DNA from: Gammaproteobacteria bacterium
GTDB lineage: Bacteria > Pseudomonadota > Gammaproteobacteria > UBA9214
Length of the DNA stretch: 60,741 nucleotides
NCBI GenBank assembly: GCA_029860045.1
Contig: JAOUBY010000005.1
Coordinates: forward strand, 1 to 60,741
Direction of reading: 5' to 3'
Below, one piece after another: positions 36,124 to 44,514 of the stretch. Every line of letters starts with the position of its first letter. Position 1 is the stretch's first letter. The position numbers and the translations under genes were made by a program. The notes beneath the pieces are model-generated. The model made no database searches and was not told the DNA's origin. It was given only the letters and a program-made list of their open reading frames with translations.

Positions 36124-37703
36124 CTGGCCTGCGCACCGCTGCCCGATCGGTATTTGAATTCGCCGAAAAACTGTTTGACCGGGCCTTTGGTCCTGACTGG
36201 AACCCGCTCTACCACCTGGGCACACTGGGCTGGTTTTTTTACTGGATTGTGATTGTCAGTGGCATCTATCTCTATATCTTTTTTGACACCGGGATCACCC
36301 AGGCCTACGAATCACTGGAATACATCACCAATGTGCAGTGGTATGCCGGGGGGGTCATGCGCAGCCTGCATCGCTATGCCTCGGATGCACTGATCATTGT
36401 CATGATGTTGCACCTGGTGCGTGAATTCGTCATGGACCGTTACCGCGGCGCACGCTGGTTCAGCTGGTTTACCGGGGTGCCATTGATATGGCTGGTATTT
36501 GCCTGCGGCATCAGCGGCTACTGGATGGTATGGGACGTGCTCGCTCAATACATCGCCATTGCCTCGACCGAATGGCTCGATTCACTGGGCATCTTCGGCC
36601 AGTCTATTGCACGCAACTTCCTGAATGAAGAAACATTGAGCGGCCGCTTCTTCACACTCATGGTATTCATTCACATTGCCGTTCCGCTATTCATGCTGCT
36701 GGTCATGTGGATACACATCCAGCGACAGAGAAATGCCCGGGTCAATCCACCCGTCGGCCTGGCTGTCGGCACACTGGGCATGCTACTGGTACTTTCCCTC
36801 ATCGAGCCAGCAGTCAGTCAGGCACCCGCCAACCTGAATATCGCACCGGCCGTTATCGACTTTGACTGGTTCTACCTGGCAGGCTATCCGTTACTGGACT
36901 GGCTGCCCGGCCTGGTTGTCTGGGCACTGGGTGGCGGGGCTACACTGTTACTGCTGGTGATGCCCTGGCTGCCGCCCGGACGTCGCCGCACGGCCGCACA
37001 GGTTGACCTCGACAACTGCAATGGCTGTGGCCGCTGTGTGGAAGACTGCCCGTTCAGCGCCGTGGACCTGCAACAACGTACCGACGGGGCCGCCTTTAGC
37101 GAGGAAGCGATTGTCAGCAATAATCTGTGCACCGGCTGCGGCATCTGTGTCGGCGCCTGCCCCACTTCAACACCCTTCCGGCGCAGCGGCAAACTGGTGC
37201 CCGGGATCAACCTGCCCGACACGGACCTGCACACCCTGCGCGAACAGACGCTGGCCGCGACATCGCCACTGAGCGGGATTGGACGCGTCATGGTATACGG
37301 CTGCGAGCACGGACCGGACCTGGAGAAACTGCGGGACGCAGACACGGCCGTATTGAAACTGCCGTGTATTGCCATGCTGCCGCCCTCTTTTATCGATTTT
37401 CTGATTTCACGCAAGCATGTCGATGGCGTTTTACTGACCGGTTGCGCTGAAGGGGACTGTCACTACCGGCTCGGCCAGCAGTGGGCAGGACAGCGTCTGG
37501 CCGGAGAGCGCGATCCGTACCTGCGTGCGCGGGTGCCGCGCGAGCGGGTCGACACTTTCTGGGCCGGCCTCACCAGCAACAGGAAACTCAGGGACGAGCT
37601 GAAAAACTTCCGCACCCGCCTGTCAGTACTGCCCGCTATCGAGCGCAACAAACGCCAGCCCGTGATCAAACGAGTTATCGAGGGTGACGAAAGCCATGAA
37701 TAG
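36120..37703 (+). CDS. Cytochrome b (bc-complex-like) fused to a 2[4Fe-4S] ferredoxin and an MvhD/FlpD-like domain
   Basis: RSLHRY..MLHLV and FIHIA..WIH heme b His pairs, DWFY. CNGCGRCVEDCP and CTGCGICVGACP. YGC..LPC..LTGC.EGDCHY. Confidence 0.88.
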   Translation: MTGLRTAARSVFEFAEKLFDRAFGPDWNPLYHLGTLGWFFYWIVIVSGIYLYIFFDTGITQAYESLEYITNVQWYAGGVMRSLHRYASDALIIVMMLHLVREFVMDRYRGARWFSWFTGVPLIWLVFACGISGYWMVWDVLAQYIAIASTEWLDSLGIFGQSIARNFLNEETLSGRFFTLMVFIHIAVPLFMLLVMWIHIQRQRNARVNPPVGLAVGTLGMLLVLSLIEPAVSQAPANLNIAPAVIDFDWFYLAGYPLLDWLPGLVVWALGGGATLLLLVMPWLPPGRRRTAAQVDLDNCNGCGRCVEDCPFSAVDLQQRTDGAAFSEEAIVSNNLCTGCGICVGACPTSTPFRRSGKLVPGINLPDTDLHTLREQTLAATSPLSGIGRVMVYGCEHGPDLEKLRDADTAVLKLPCIAMLPPSFIDFLISRKHVDGVLLTGCAEGDCHYRLGQQWAGQRLAGERDPYLRARVPRERVDTFWAGLTSNRKLRDELKNFRTRLSVLPAIERNKRQPVIKRVIEGDESHE

Positions 37704-38199
37704 GGTACTCGCCTACATCGGCCAGGCTATCGCCTACACGCTGTTTGCTTTTGTGATCGGCTATCTAGCCACCTCGCCTCCCTACACCCACCTGGAGCCG
37801 GGCATGGCAGTCATCAAGCTGAGCTTCAGTCACGCAGGTGAGCACATCAAGGAATGCCGGCGGTTAACCCAGGAGGAACTGAATGCGCTGCCACCCAATA
37901 TGCGCAGGCCAACAGACTGCCCACGCGAACGGGTACCGCTACTGGTCGAACTTGAACTGGATGGTGAAACCATTTACCACGAGCTGCTACCCCCCTCCGG
38001 CCTGGCCAGTGACGGTGCCTCAACGGCATATAAAAAATTCCCGATAAGCGCGGGGGAACACCGTATCGTGGCAAGATTGCGTGAAAGAAGGGAGACCGAC
38101 GGTTTTGATTATGAGAAAGCGGGAGAGATCAGCCTGGCACCCCAACAGAATTTTGTAATTGATTTTCGACCCGAACTGGGCGGCTTCCTGTTCCTATGA
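37696..38199 (+). CDS. Membrane-anchored hypothetical protein with a two-Cys motif
   Basis: N-terminal TM helix. LSFSHAG..ECRRL..PPNMR...CPRER. Overlaps the cytochrome b fusion stop. Confidence 0.78.
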   Translation: MNRVLAYIGQAIAYTLFAFVIGYLATSPPYTHLEPGMAVIKLSFSHAGEHIKECRRLTQEELNALPPNMRRPTDCPRERVPLLVELELDGETIYHELLPPSGLASDGASTAYKKFPISAGEHRIVARLRERRETDGFDYEKAGEISLAPQQNFVIDFRPELGGFLFL

Positions 38200-38206
38200 G
38201 GTTTCC

Positions 38207-38602
38207 ATGTCGATGATTGAATGGAAAGATGAATTCTCGGTCGGCATCCCCGATGTTGACCACGAACACCAACAGCTTATCGGGCTGATCAACGAACTGC
38301 ACAACGCCATGTCAGGCAAAAACGCCGCCATGACCGTGACAGATTTTCTCGGCGAGATTCACGCGCATGTCGCAGCACACTTCGCGCTGGAAGAAAAAAT
38401 AATGCGCGAGAAGAAATATGACCAGTACGAAGACCACAAGCGAGACCACGAACGTCTGCTCGATGAAATCAGTGACATCATGGATGACTACGAAGAAAAC
38501 GCCTTTTACAGTGACGAGGTGTTTACAAGCACCCTCGAACACTGGTTTAGTGATCACTTCAAGACCAGGGACGCACGCCTGCATAAGCACCTGGGTGTAT
38601 AA
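38207..38602 (+). CDS. Bacteriohemerythrin
   Basis: IEW..EFSVGI..VDHEH, HFALEE, H..DH, WF..HF...D. Confidence 0.92.
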   Translation: MSMIEWKDEFSVGIPDVDHEHQQLIGLINELHNAMSGKNAAMTVTDFLGEIHAHVAAHFALEEKIMREKKYDQYEDHKRDHERLLDEISDIMDDYEENAFYSDEVFTSTLEHWFSDHFKTRDARLHKHLGV

Positions 38603-38710
38603 GCTGCCTATCTGCACACAGCACCGCGCCACAAAAGATAGCGACCCCAACCGGGCATCAATAGCGTCCAAAAGCAGCAACCTGAAAGAGCCCGCTTCTC
38701 CAGGCGAGGT

Positions 38711-39124
38711 TTACAGAAATAGCGGGAACAACTTGCTCTTCTCCAGGTTGATGCGATCACTTACAAGAGCAAATATCTCACGCGTCTCCTGCGTGAACTC
38801 ATCATGCCCGGTCGCGTCACCCCCACGGGTGGCATGACACCAGCGCTTTATATAGCTCGATAAAATCGTCCTGAGCTGGTGGGTGTTATTGATAAACCTG
38901 GTGGCAACTTCATTGATGCTCTTGTCCTCATGCGAGAGCAGTTCCGCGTACATCGCCCGGTCCTCATGGTCCAGGTGCGCGCGTATCTTTTCACTGAATC
39001 TTGACAGCAACTCGCAGAACACCGGATTACCCCTCATGTCCGGGTCGGCAATCAATACATCCAGCACCGCACACAAATCAGTGAGCTCCTGGTTTTCCCT
39101 GCTGAATTCCGCAACATCCACCAT
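38711..39124 (-). CDS. Hemerythrin/HHE-domain protein (divergent)
   Basis: AAGGAGG RBS. HLDHED..Y..L and RI.LE...LFP motifs. The first His ligand appears to be missing. Confidence 0.72.
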   Translation of the reverse strand: MVDVAEFSRENQELTDLCAVLDVLIADPDMRGNPVFCELLSRFSEKIRAHLDHEDRAMYAELLSHEDKSINEVATRFINNTHQLRTILSSYIKRWCHATRGGDATGHDEFTQETREIFALVSDRINLEKSKLFPLFL

Positions 39125-39204
39125 GATTATCTCCTCCTTAACTAAATCCTGAATATTTGTTATCTGTGGGACTCTGAAGCTAGGCAATCAGGCGCGCAAA
39201 ATCA

Positions 39205-39218
39205 ATGATGTAAATCAA
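39205..39218 (-). promoter_or_regulatory. FNR-type box upstream of the HHE gene
   Basis: TTGAT-TTAC-ATCAT on the minus strand. Confidence 0.6.
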
Positions 39219-39267
39219 CTATCATGAATTTGTCCGCTTGGCCTGAGCTGCGCCAATCAGACACACC

Positions 39268-39335
39268 TGCAGGAGCGCTTCGCAAGTGCGGTCTTTGCCA
39301 CGATATTGGAATCGCGGATGAGATCCGCTCCTACA
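39268..39335. repeat. GTAG-family REP doublet (one arm degenerate)
   Basis: TGCAGGAGCGCTTCGCAAGTGCGG (+, 39268) and TGTAGGAGCGGATCTCATCCGCGAT (-, 39335-39311). Confidence 0.7.
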
Positions 39336-40722
39336 ATTGATACTCCTGGTGTAACTCCGGCATCTCTACCTGCGTATTTTTCAATAACCGGCTGAATGCC
39401 GTCATGCTGTCCTTCTCGCCATGCACCAGGAAAGTCTTCCCCGGCGTGCCGGTCTGTGCATGCCATGCGCGTAATTCGCTCTGCCCGGCATGTGCTGAAA
39501 ACCCGCCAATGGTGTAGACCTGCGCACGCACCGCGTAGTCCTCGCCATAGATATCCACACTCTTCGCGCCATCGACAATACGCCGTGCCAGCGTGCCATG
39601 GGCCGCATAACCAACGAATACGACACTGCTGTTCTCCCGACCCAGGTTGTACTTCAGGTGATGACGAATGCGGCCGCCGGTACACATGCCGGACCCCGCC
39701 ATGATCACTGCACCGCCGGTGATCTGGTTGATCGCCATCGACTCGGCGGTCTCGCGTGTGAAGTGCAGGCCGGGAAAGTCAAATGGATCGCGGCCGGTAC
39801 GGAACAGTTCATGTGTGTGCTCGTCGTAACAGTCCGGATGACGCTGGAAAATCCGGGTAGCGGAAATGGCCATGGGTGAATCGAGAAATACCTGCAGAAA
39901 CTGTGGCAGGACACCCTGTTCCTTGCCAGCATGCAGGTAGAACAGGATCTCCTGCGAACGCTCCAGTGCAAATGTCGGGATGATCACGTTACCACCGCGT
40001 TGAATGGTGGTATTGATGGCCTCGTACAACTCCTCGACAGACGGCAGCAACTGCTTGTGCTGACGGTCACCGTAGGTCGTCTCCATGACCACCACGTCAA
40101 CTTCCGGCGGGCTGGCCGGGTCACGCAGGATCGGGCGACCACCAAGGCCCAGATCACCTGAAAACAGCAGACGTCGATCACGTCCATCCTCGGACAATTC
40201 CAGCAGGATACTGGCCGAGCCAAGGATATGACCGGCATCGATGAAAGTCGCACGAATACCCGGCGCCAGTTGCAACGGCTGATCGTAATGCGCAACGCGC
40301 CCGAAATTCTCCAGTGCATTGAGTGCATCCAGCGTGGTGTAAAGCGGAACAACTTCCTCACCCGTCTTGCCGCGACGTCGCGCACGACGGTTCCGGTAGC
40401 GCGCCTCTTCCTCCTGCAGGCCGGCCGAATCCATCATGATCAGCCGCGCCAGTTCCCGGCTGGCCGCCGTGGTGATGATCTCGCCGGTAAAACCGCGATT
40501 GACCAGCAGCGGGATACGCCCGCAGTGATCAAGATGGGCGTGGGTCAGCAACAGGTAGTCAACCGATGCAGGATCGAAGCCGAAGTCGCTGGCATTATCC
40601 TCGACCAGCTCGCGGCTACCCTGGTACAACCCACAGTCGACCAGGATGCGCTTGCCCGCGCACTGCAGCAAATGGCATGACCCGGTCACATCCTGCGCGG
40701 CACCATGAAATGACAACTTCAT
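39331..40722 (-). CDS. MBL-fold beta-CASP ribonuclease
   Basis: GAA..VTGSCH, VDCGLYQG, THAHLDHCG, AGHILGS, SGDLG, ETTYG, GSGMCTGGR, FSAHA, LVHGE. Confidence 0.93.
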   Translation of the reverse strand: MKLSFHGAAQDVTGSCHLLQCAGKRILVDCGLYQGSRELVEDNASDFGFDPASVDYLLLTHAHLDHCGRIPLLVNRGFTGEIITTAASRELARLIMMDSAGLQEEEARYRNRRARRRGKTGEEVVPLYTTLDALNALENFGRVAHYDQPLQLAPGIRATFIDAGHILGSASILLELSEDGRDRRLLFSGDLGLGGRPILRDPASPPEVDVVVMETTYGDRQHKQLLPSVEELYEAINTTIQRGGNVIIPTFALERSQEILFYLHAGKEQGVLPQFLQVFLDSPMAISATRIFQRHPDCYDEHTHELFRTGRDPFDFPGLHFTRETAESMAINQITGGAVIMAGSGMCTGGRIRHHLKYNLGRENSSVVFVGYAAHGTLARRIVDGAKSVDIYGEDYAVRAQVYTIGGFSAHAGQSELRAWHAQTGTPGKTFLVHGEKDSMTAFSRLLKNTQVEMPELHQEYQL

Positions 40723-41693
40723 ACTTCCGTTTCTCCAGAGAGCATTGGGCGGTTGCACTTGATATACCAGTGCTCTATTCCCTGCCACGCCTCCAGTGCC
40801 GTCTCTGCAAACCAGAAGATGTCACGATCCTCCAGGTCGATGGCACCCTGCTCGAGCAGAAAGTCGAAGTCGATGACCCTTTCCCAGTAGGCCTGGCCAA
40901 CCAGCACGACCGGTAGCGGCTTGATGGTGCGCGTCTGGATCAGGGTCAGCGCCTCGAACAGTTCATCCATCGTGCCGAACCCCCCCGGAAACGCAACCAA
41001 TGCGCGTGCGCGCTGCATAAAGTGCAGCTTGCGCAGGGCGAAGTATCGAAAGCGGAAGCACAGCTCCTGTGAAATATAGGGGTTCGGAAACTGCTCTTCT
41101 GGCAGGTCGATGTTCATGCCGACCGTTTTGGCGCCATGCTCGAACGCACCGCGATTGGTGGCCTCCATAATGCCGGGACCACCACCGGTCATCACCACCA
41201 GTTCACAGTCCAGAGGGCCCTTGCCGAATTCGGCCACGAGGCGGCCAAATTCGCGAGCTTCCGAATAGTAGTGGCTGTTGTCGAGGATATGCCGTGCTAC
41301 CTTGAGGCGCCGCTGCAGGTCTGCATCGTCTGGAGTTTCTGCCAACGCACGCTCGAGCATGTCGATCCTGCGCTGTGCCGCTGACGGCTCGGCTATCCGG
41401 GTGCTGCCAAAAACAACGATGGTGTTATTCACCGAATGTTCACAAAGCAGCAGTTCCGGCTTCAGGTATTCAAGCTGGAGACGCAGCCCACGCGCCTCGT
41501 CACGCTCAAGAAAGGCAACGTCCCGGTCGGCACGACGATAGCTGGGTGCCTCGAGCAGGGCCTGGATACGGTCTGGCGCATGGGGGTCTTCCGCGCCAGC
41601 CTTAGGTTGCGACTCCGGCAGCGGCTCGCGCCGTCGCTCCGGGTCCGGCGGCGGCGGTATATCCGGTGGTGCCTTTTTCCCGATATCACTCAT
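40719..41693 (-). CDS. LOG-family (TIGR00730) nucleotide phosphoribohydrolase
   Basis: VVFGS.R, TGGGPGIMEA.NRGA, YFALRK, PGGFGT.DELFE. Confidence 0.92.
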   Translation of the reverse strand: MSDIGKKAPPDIPPPPDPERRREPLPESQPKAGAEDPHAPDRIQALLEAPSYRRADRDVAFLERDEARGLRLQLEYLKPELLLCEHSVNNTIVVFGSTRIAEPSAAQRRIDMLERALAETPDDADLQRRLKVARHILDNSHYYSEAREFGRLVAEFGKGPLDCELVVMTGGGPGIMEATNRGAFEHGAKTVGMNIDLPEEQFPNPYISQELCFRFRYFALRKLHFMQRARALVAFPGGFGTMDELFEALTLIQTRTIKPLPVVLVGQAYWERVIDFDFLLEQGAIDLEDRDIFWFAETALEAWQGIEHWYIKCNRPMLSGETEV

Positions 41694-41762
41694 TCACTTA
41701 CTCCAGCTGACAAGACTCTGCTCATTCACGACCATGGTAGCGGCCATCAACAGTCTGAAACA

Positions 41763-42371
41763 CTACTCCCGGGGCTTGCTCCTGTCTGGTTTCGGGGTCA
41801 ACTTCCGGCGCATCTCTTCGATACCCGTCTGATAGGCCTCTGCATCACCGTAGTCGAAGAAACGCGGATAGCGCGCATGCGCACCGCGCACCCTGCGTGC
41901 ATGACGGATCGGACACCAGTATTGCTCGGTACGCGCAATGATTTCACGCGCATAGGCGACCACGCCGTTGGCATAGCCGCAGTAGGCACAGTTCACCTTC
42001 TCAATGGTATTCAGGTAGGCCAGCTTGTGTCGATCATTGACAAGATAATCGCGGCGACGCACGCGCGTCACGCCGTAGGCACGAAAACAAATATGTTGGT
42101 ACAGTGTAAATGTCAAATCAACCGTGACCAGCGGCACCAGCATGCTGTAGATAACCGGCGCGCTCAGAACCGATGCCAGGCGGGCAGTGAGAATATAGTT
42201 CAGTGAGCTGACACGGAAGCGGCGCTGAAAATCCTGCACCTCCCGGGTAAAACGCACCCTCCCCCCTTCAAAGGTATAACGAAAGCGCTCGCGTGCATCA
42301 TCAAACTGCGTCTCCATCTGCTCCTGGAGATCACGCATATCATCAAGCAGTTCATTGATATCTTTATACAT
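41763..42371 (-). CDS. Hypothetical membrane protein with Cys/His motifs
   Basis: One or two TM helices. YQHICF, DRH.L.YLN.IEK.NC.YC.Y.NG, EQYWCPI.HA. Confidence 0.78.
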   Translation of the reverse strand: MYKDINELLDDMRDLQEQMETQFDDARERFRYTFEGGRVRFTREVQDFQRRFRVSSLNYILTARLASVLSAPVIYSMLVPLVTVDLTFTLYQHICFRAYGVTRVRRRDYLVNDRHKLAYLNTIEKVNCAYCGYANGVVAYAREIIARTEQYWCPIRHARRVRGAHARYPRFFDYGDAEAYQTGIEEMRRKLTPKPDRSKPRE

Positions 42372-42599
42372 AAGCGGCCACCCTGCTACCTGTACTGCCT
42401 CAATCTAACTATAGCGCAGCCGGCTGCACTGATGACAGCCGTTGATACACATGAGTGAGTACAACATGAAATTGATGGGGGCAGACTTCCTGTGGATTTC
42501 AGATTTAAACTGTCCCGTCACAGGACGCTGCTGACAATCGGCAGGATGGCATATGCTTAAATTTCATGACCGGGCCTCATGGTAAGGCCGGCGTACTTA

Positions 42600-43172
42600 T
42601 TATTTTTTTCCAGGGGGATAACTCGACAGGATGTCGCTGACCAGTTTATTCACAATGTTGGTCATTGTTTCCGGGGTGCTGCTCTCGCCCAGGCGCTCGG
42701 TGCTGGAGCCGCGCCACAGCATGGCATTATCCGGGACATCGAGAATATCGATGGTAAGTACGAACTCATCATAGGAATCGACATCGTAGCCCGGGAATCC
42801 GTATCCGACGCCAACCGCACTGTGCCTGCCGAAGGTACCCATACCGATCGAAAAACCGCTGTTGCTCCCCTCCAGATCGGTACGCGTACCTACCTGGTAG
42901 GCAAGACTGGCATCGGCATTGCTATCCACCACGGCAATGCCGCGTGTTGCCAGGTAGTCGGTAATCGCATTCCTGATGCGTTCATCGACCAGCGGGCTGT
43001 TAACCCGGGTATCGCTGCTTTCCGATTGCGCCGGCGGCGCGATTTGAACGCTTTTTATAGAGGAAAAGTCATAGCCCGCCCGGTAGTCCACGTTGGTCGC
43101 GGTTGCGCAGGCAACCAGCATCGCCGCGAGTACAGGCACGGACATTTTCCCGAAAATATTCTGAAGCTTCAT
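42600..43172 (-). CDS. DUF4136-like lipoprotein
   Basis: Lipobox LVAC. DY....DFS, L.IDI.D....LWRG, IL..YPP. Confidence 0.82.
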   Translation of the reverse strand: MKLQNIFGKMSVPVLAAMLVACATATNVDYRAGYDFSSIKSVQIAPPAQSESSDTRVNSPLVDERIRNAITDYLATRGIAVVDSNADASLAYQVGTRTDLEGSNSGFSIGMGTFGRHSAVGVGYGFPGYDVDSYDEFVLTIDILDVPDNAMLWRGSSTERLGESSTPETMTNIVNKLVSDILSSYPPGKK

Positions 43173-43286
43173 GGATACCTCCTCTATGACAGCATATTCA
43201 TGCATCGGCCCGTAGCTGGCAATAACCGGCCTTAAAGCGTTGGACAGCCGGGAAACCAGGTGATTCCCGTACCGTTAACTACCCGG

Positions 43287-44483
43287 TTATTTTTCCACCA
43301 CACGTACACCGTCCGCAATCCGGTCGTCCGGATGCAGAATCACCCGCTCACCCGGCCCGATACCATCAAGAATCTGTGTAGCAAGCCCGTTGCTGCGCCC
43401 TTCACCAACAGTGACAAGACGTGCCTTGCCGGCATCAATGGTGAATACCGACCAGCTATCATCGTGGCGAAACAGGGCGCTTGCCGGCACCTGCAACACA
43501 TCATCATCCTGCCAAAGAACAAACTGCGCCTCGACACGGTAACCATCACCCAGCTGCTGCCAGTCCGAATACGGTGAAACCAGGTCGGCAATTACCCAGA
43601 CACGCTGCTCCTCGACACCCAGCGCAGATATATGCGTGAAACCGGTCGGCTCAATGGTACGCACCACGGCCTCCAGCACCCGGGGACCACCCCATCGTAA
43701 CAGTTGCACCCTGGTACCGGGCTGAATTCGCACGGCATCTGCAGACAGTACGTCGACGGCGACCTCCAGCGCGGAAGGATCACCGATTTCGAGCAACGGC
43801 TCACCGGTTGCCACCACGCCCTCACTCTTGTGGTGAATCTGCAGCACCTGGCTTGCGACCGGCGCCTTTAACGCCACTGTCTCAAGCCCCTCATCGCCGT
43901 CACTGCCTATTGAATACTGGAGTGCTGTCTGCGCTGCCTCTAACTCGTAGCGCGCCACCTCGACGCTAAACTCCGCGGAGCGCAATTGCGCTGCAGCTTC
44001 CCGGGAACGCGTGGCTGCCTGTTCCAGCGCATCGCGCGAAACCAGCGACTGTTCCTGCAATTGCTGCTTGCGCTTGAAGTCATTACTTGCGAACCCGGCC
44101 TCGGCACGCGCCGCGCTCACCTTTTGTTCCGCACTCTTTATCGCGGCATTGGCTGCTGCGACCTGCGCCTCGGCACGTGCGCGGCTGCGCGGATCGAGCA
44201 CCTCTGGACGCAGCGGTTCCATAAATGCCAGCGCCTGTCCCCGTGTTACCGAATCCCCGACTTCCAGCACTATACGCTGCAGGTAGCCGGCAACCGGCGC
44301 CGATATAACAAAGCGGTCCTTGACACGAGTCTGTCCCTCCTCATCGACCGTCACACTGAGTGGCGCACGAACCACCGTCGCGCTCTCAACCAGCAGTGGT
44401 GCCGGCCAGAAGCCCCACGCCAGTGCGGCAGCAATAGCCACGGCCAGCAATATAAACCCGGTTTTTCTTTTCATTGACATCAT
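43287..44483 (-). CDS. HlyD/membrane-fusion periplasmic adaptor
   Basis: N-terminal TM helix. EEG.TRV..RF.ISAPV.G, coiled coil, SALGVEEQRV, LGDGYRVEA. Confidence 0.92.
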   Translation of the reverse strand: MMSMKRKTGFILLAVAIAAALAWGFWPAPLLVESATVVRAPLSVTVDEEGQTRVKDRFVISAPVAGYLQRIVLEVGDSVTRGQALAFMEPLRPEVLDPRSRARAEAQVAAANAAIKSAEQKVSAARAEAGFASNDFKRKQQLQEQSLVSRDALEQAATRSREAAAQLRSAEFSVEVARYELEAAQTALQYSIGSDGDEGLETVALKAPVASQVLQIHHKSEGVVATGEPLLEIGDPSALEVAVDVLSADAVRIQPGTRVQLLRWGGPRVLEAVVRTIEPTGFTHISALGVEEQRVWVIADLVSPYSDWQQLGDGYRVEAQFVLWQDDDVLQVPASALFRHDDSWSVFTIDAGKARLVTVGEGRSNGLATQILDGIGPGERVILHPDDRIADGVRVVEK

Positions 44484-44514
44484 GTGCAATTCCGATTGCC
44501 GTCTGTTCCGGCCA

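Noticed and set aside
36120-37703. petB of a bc1 complex, or a subunit of the Hyn hydrogenase
   Set aside because: No Rieske or c1 neighbours, an altered Qo motif and extra Fe-S domains. The hydrogenase operon is more than 12 kb away and has its own Isp1/Isp2.
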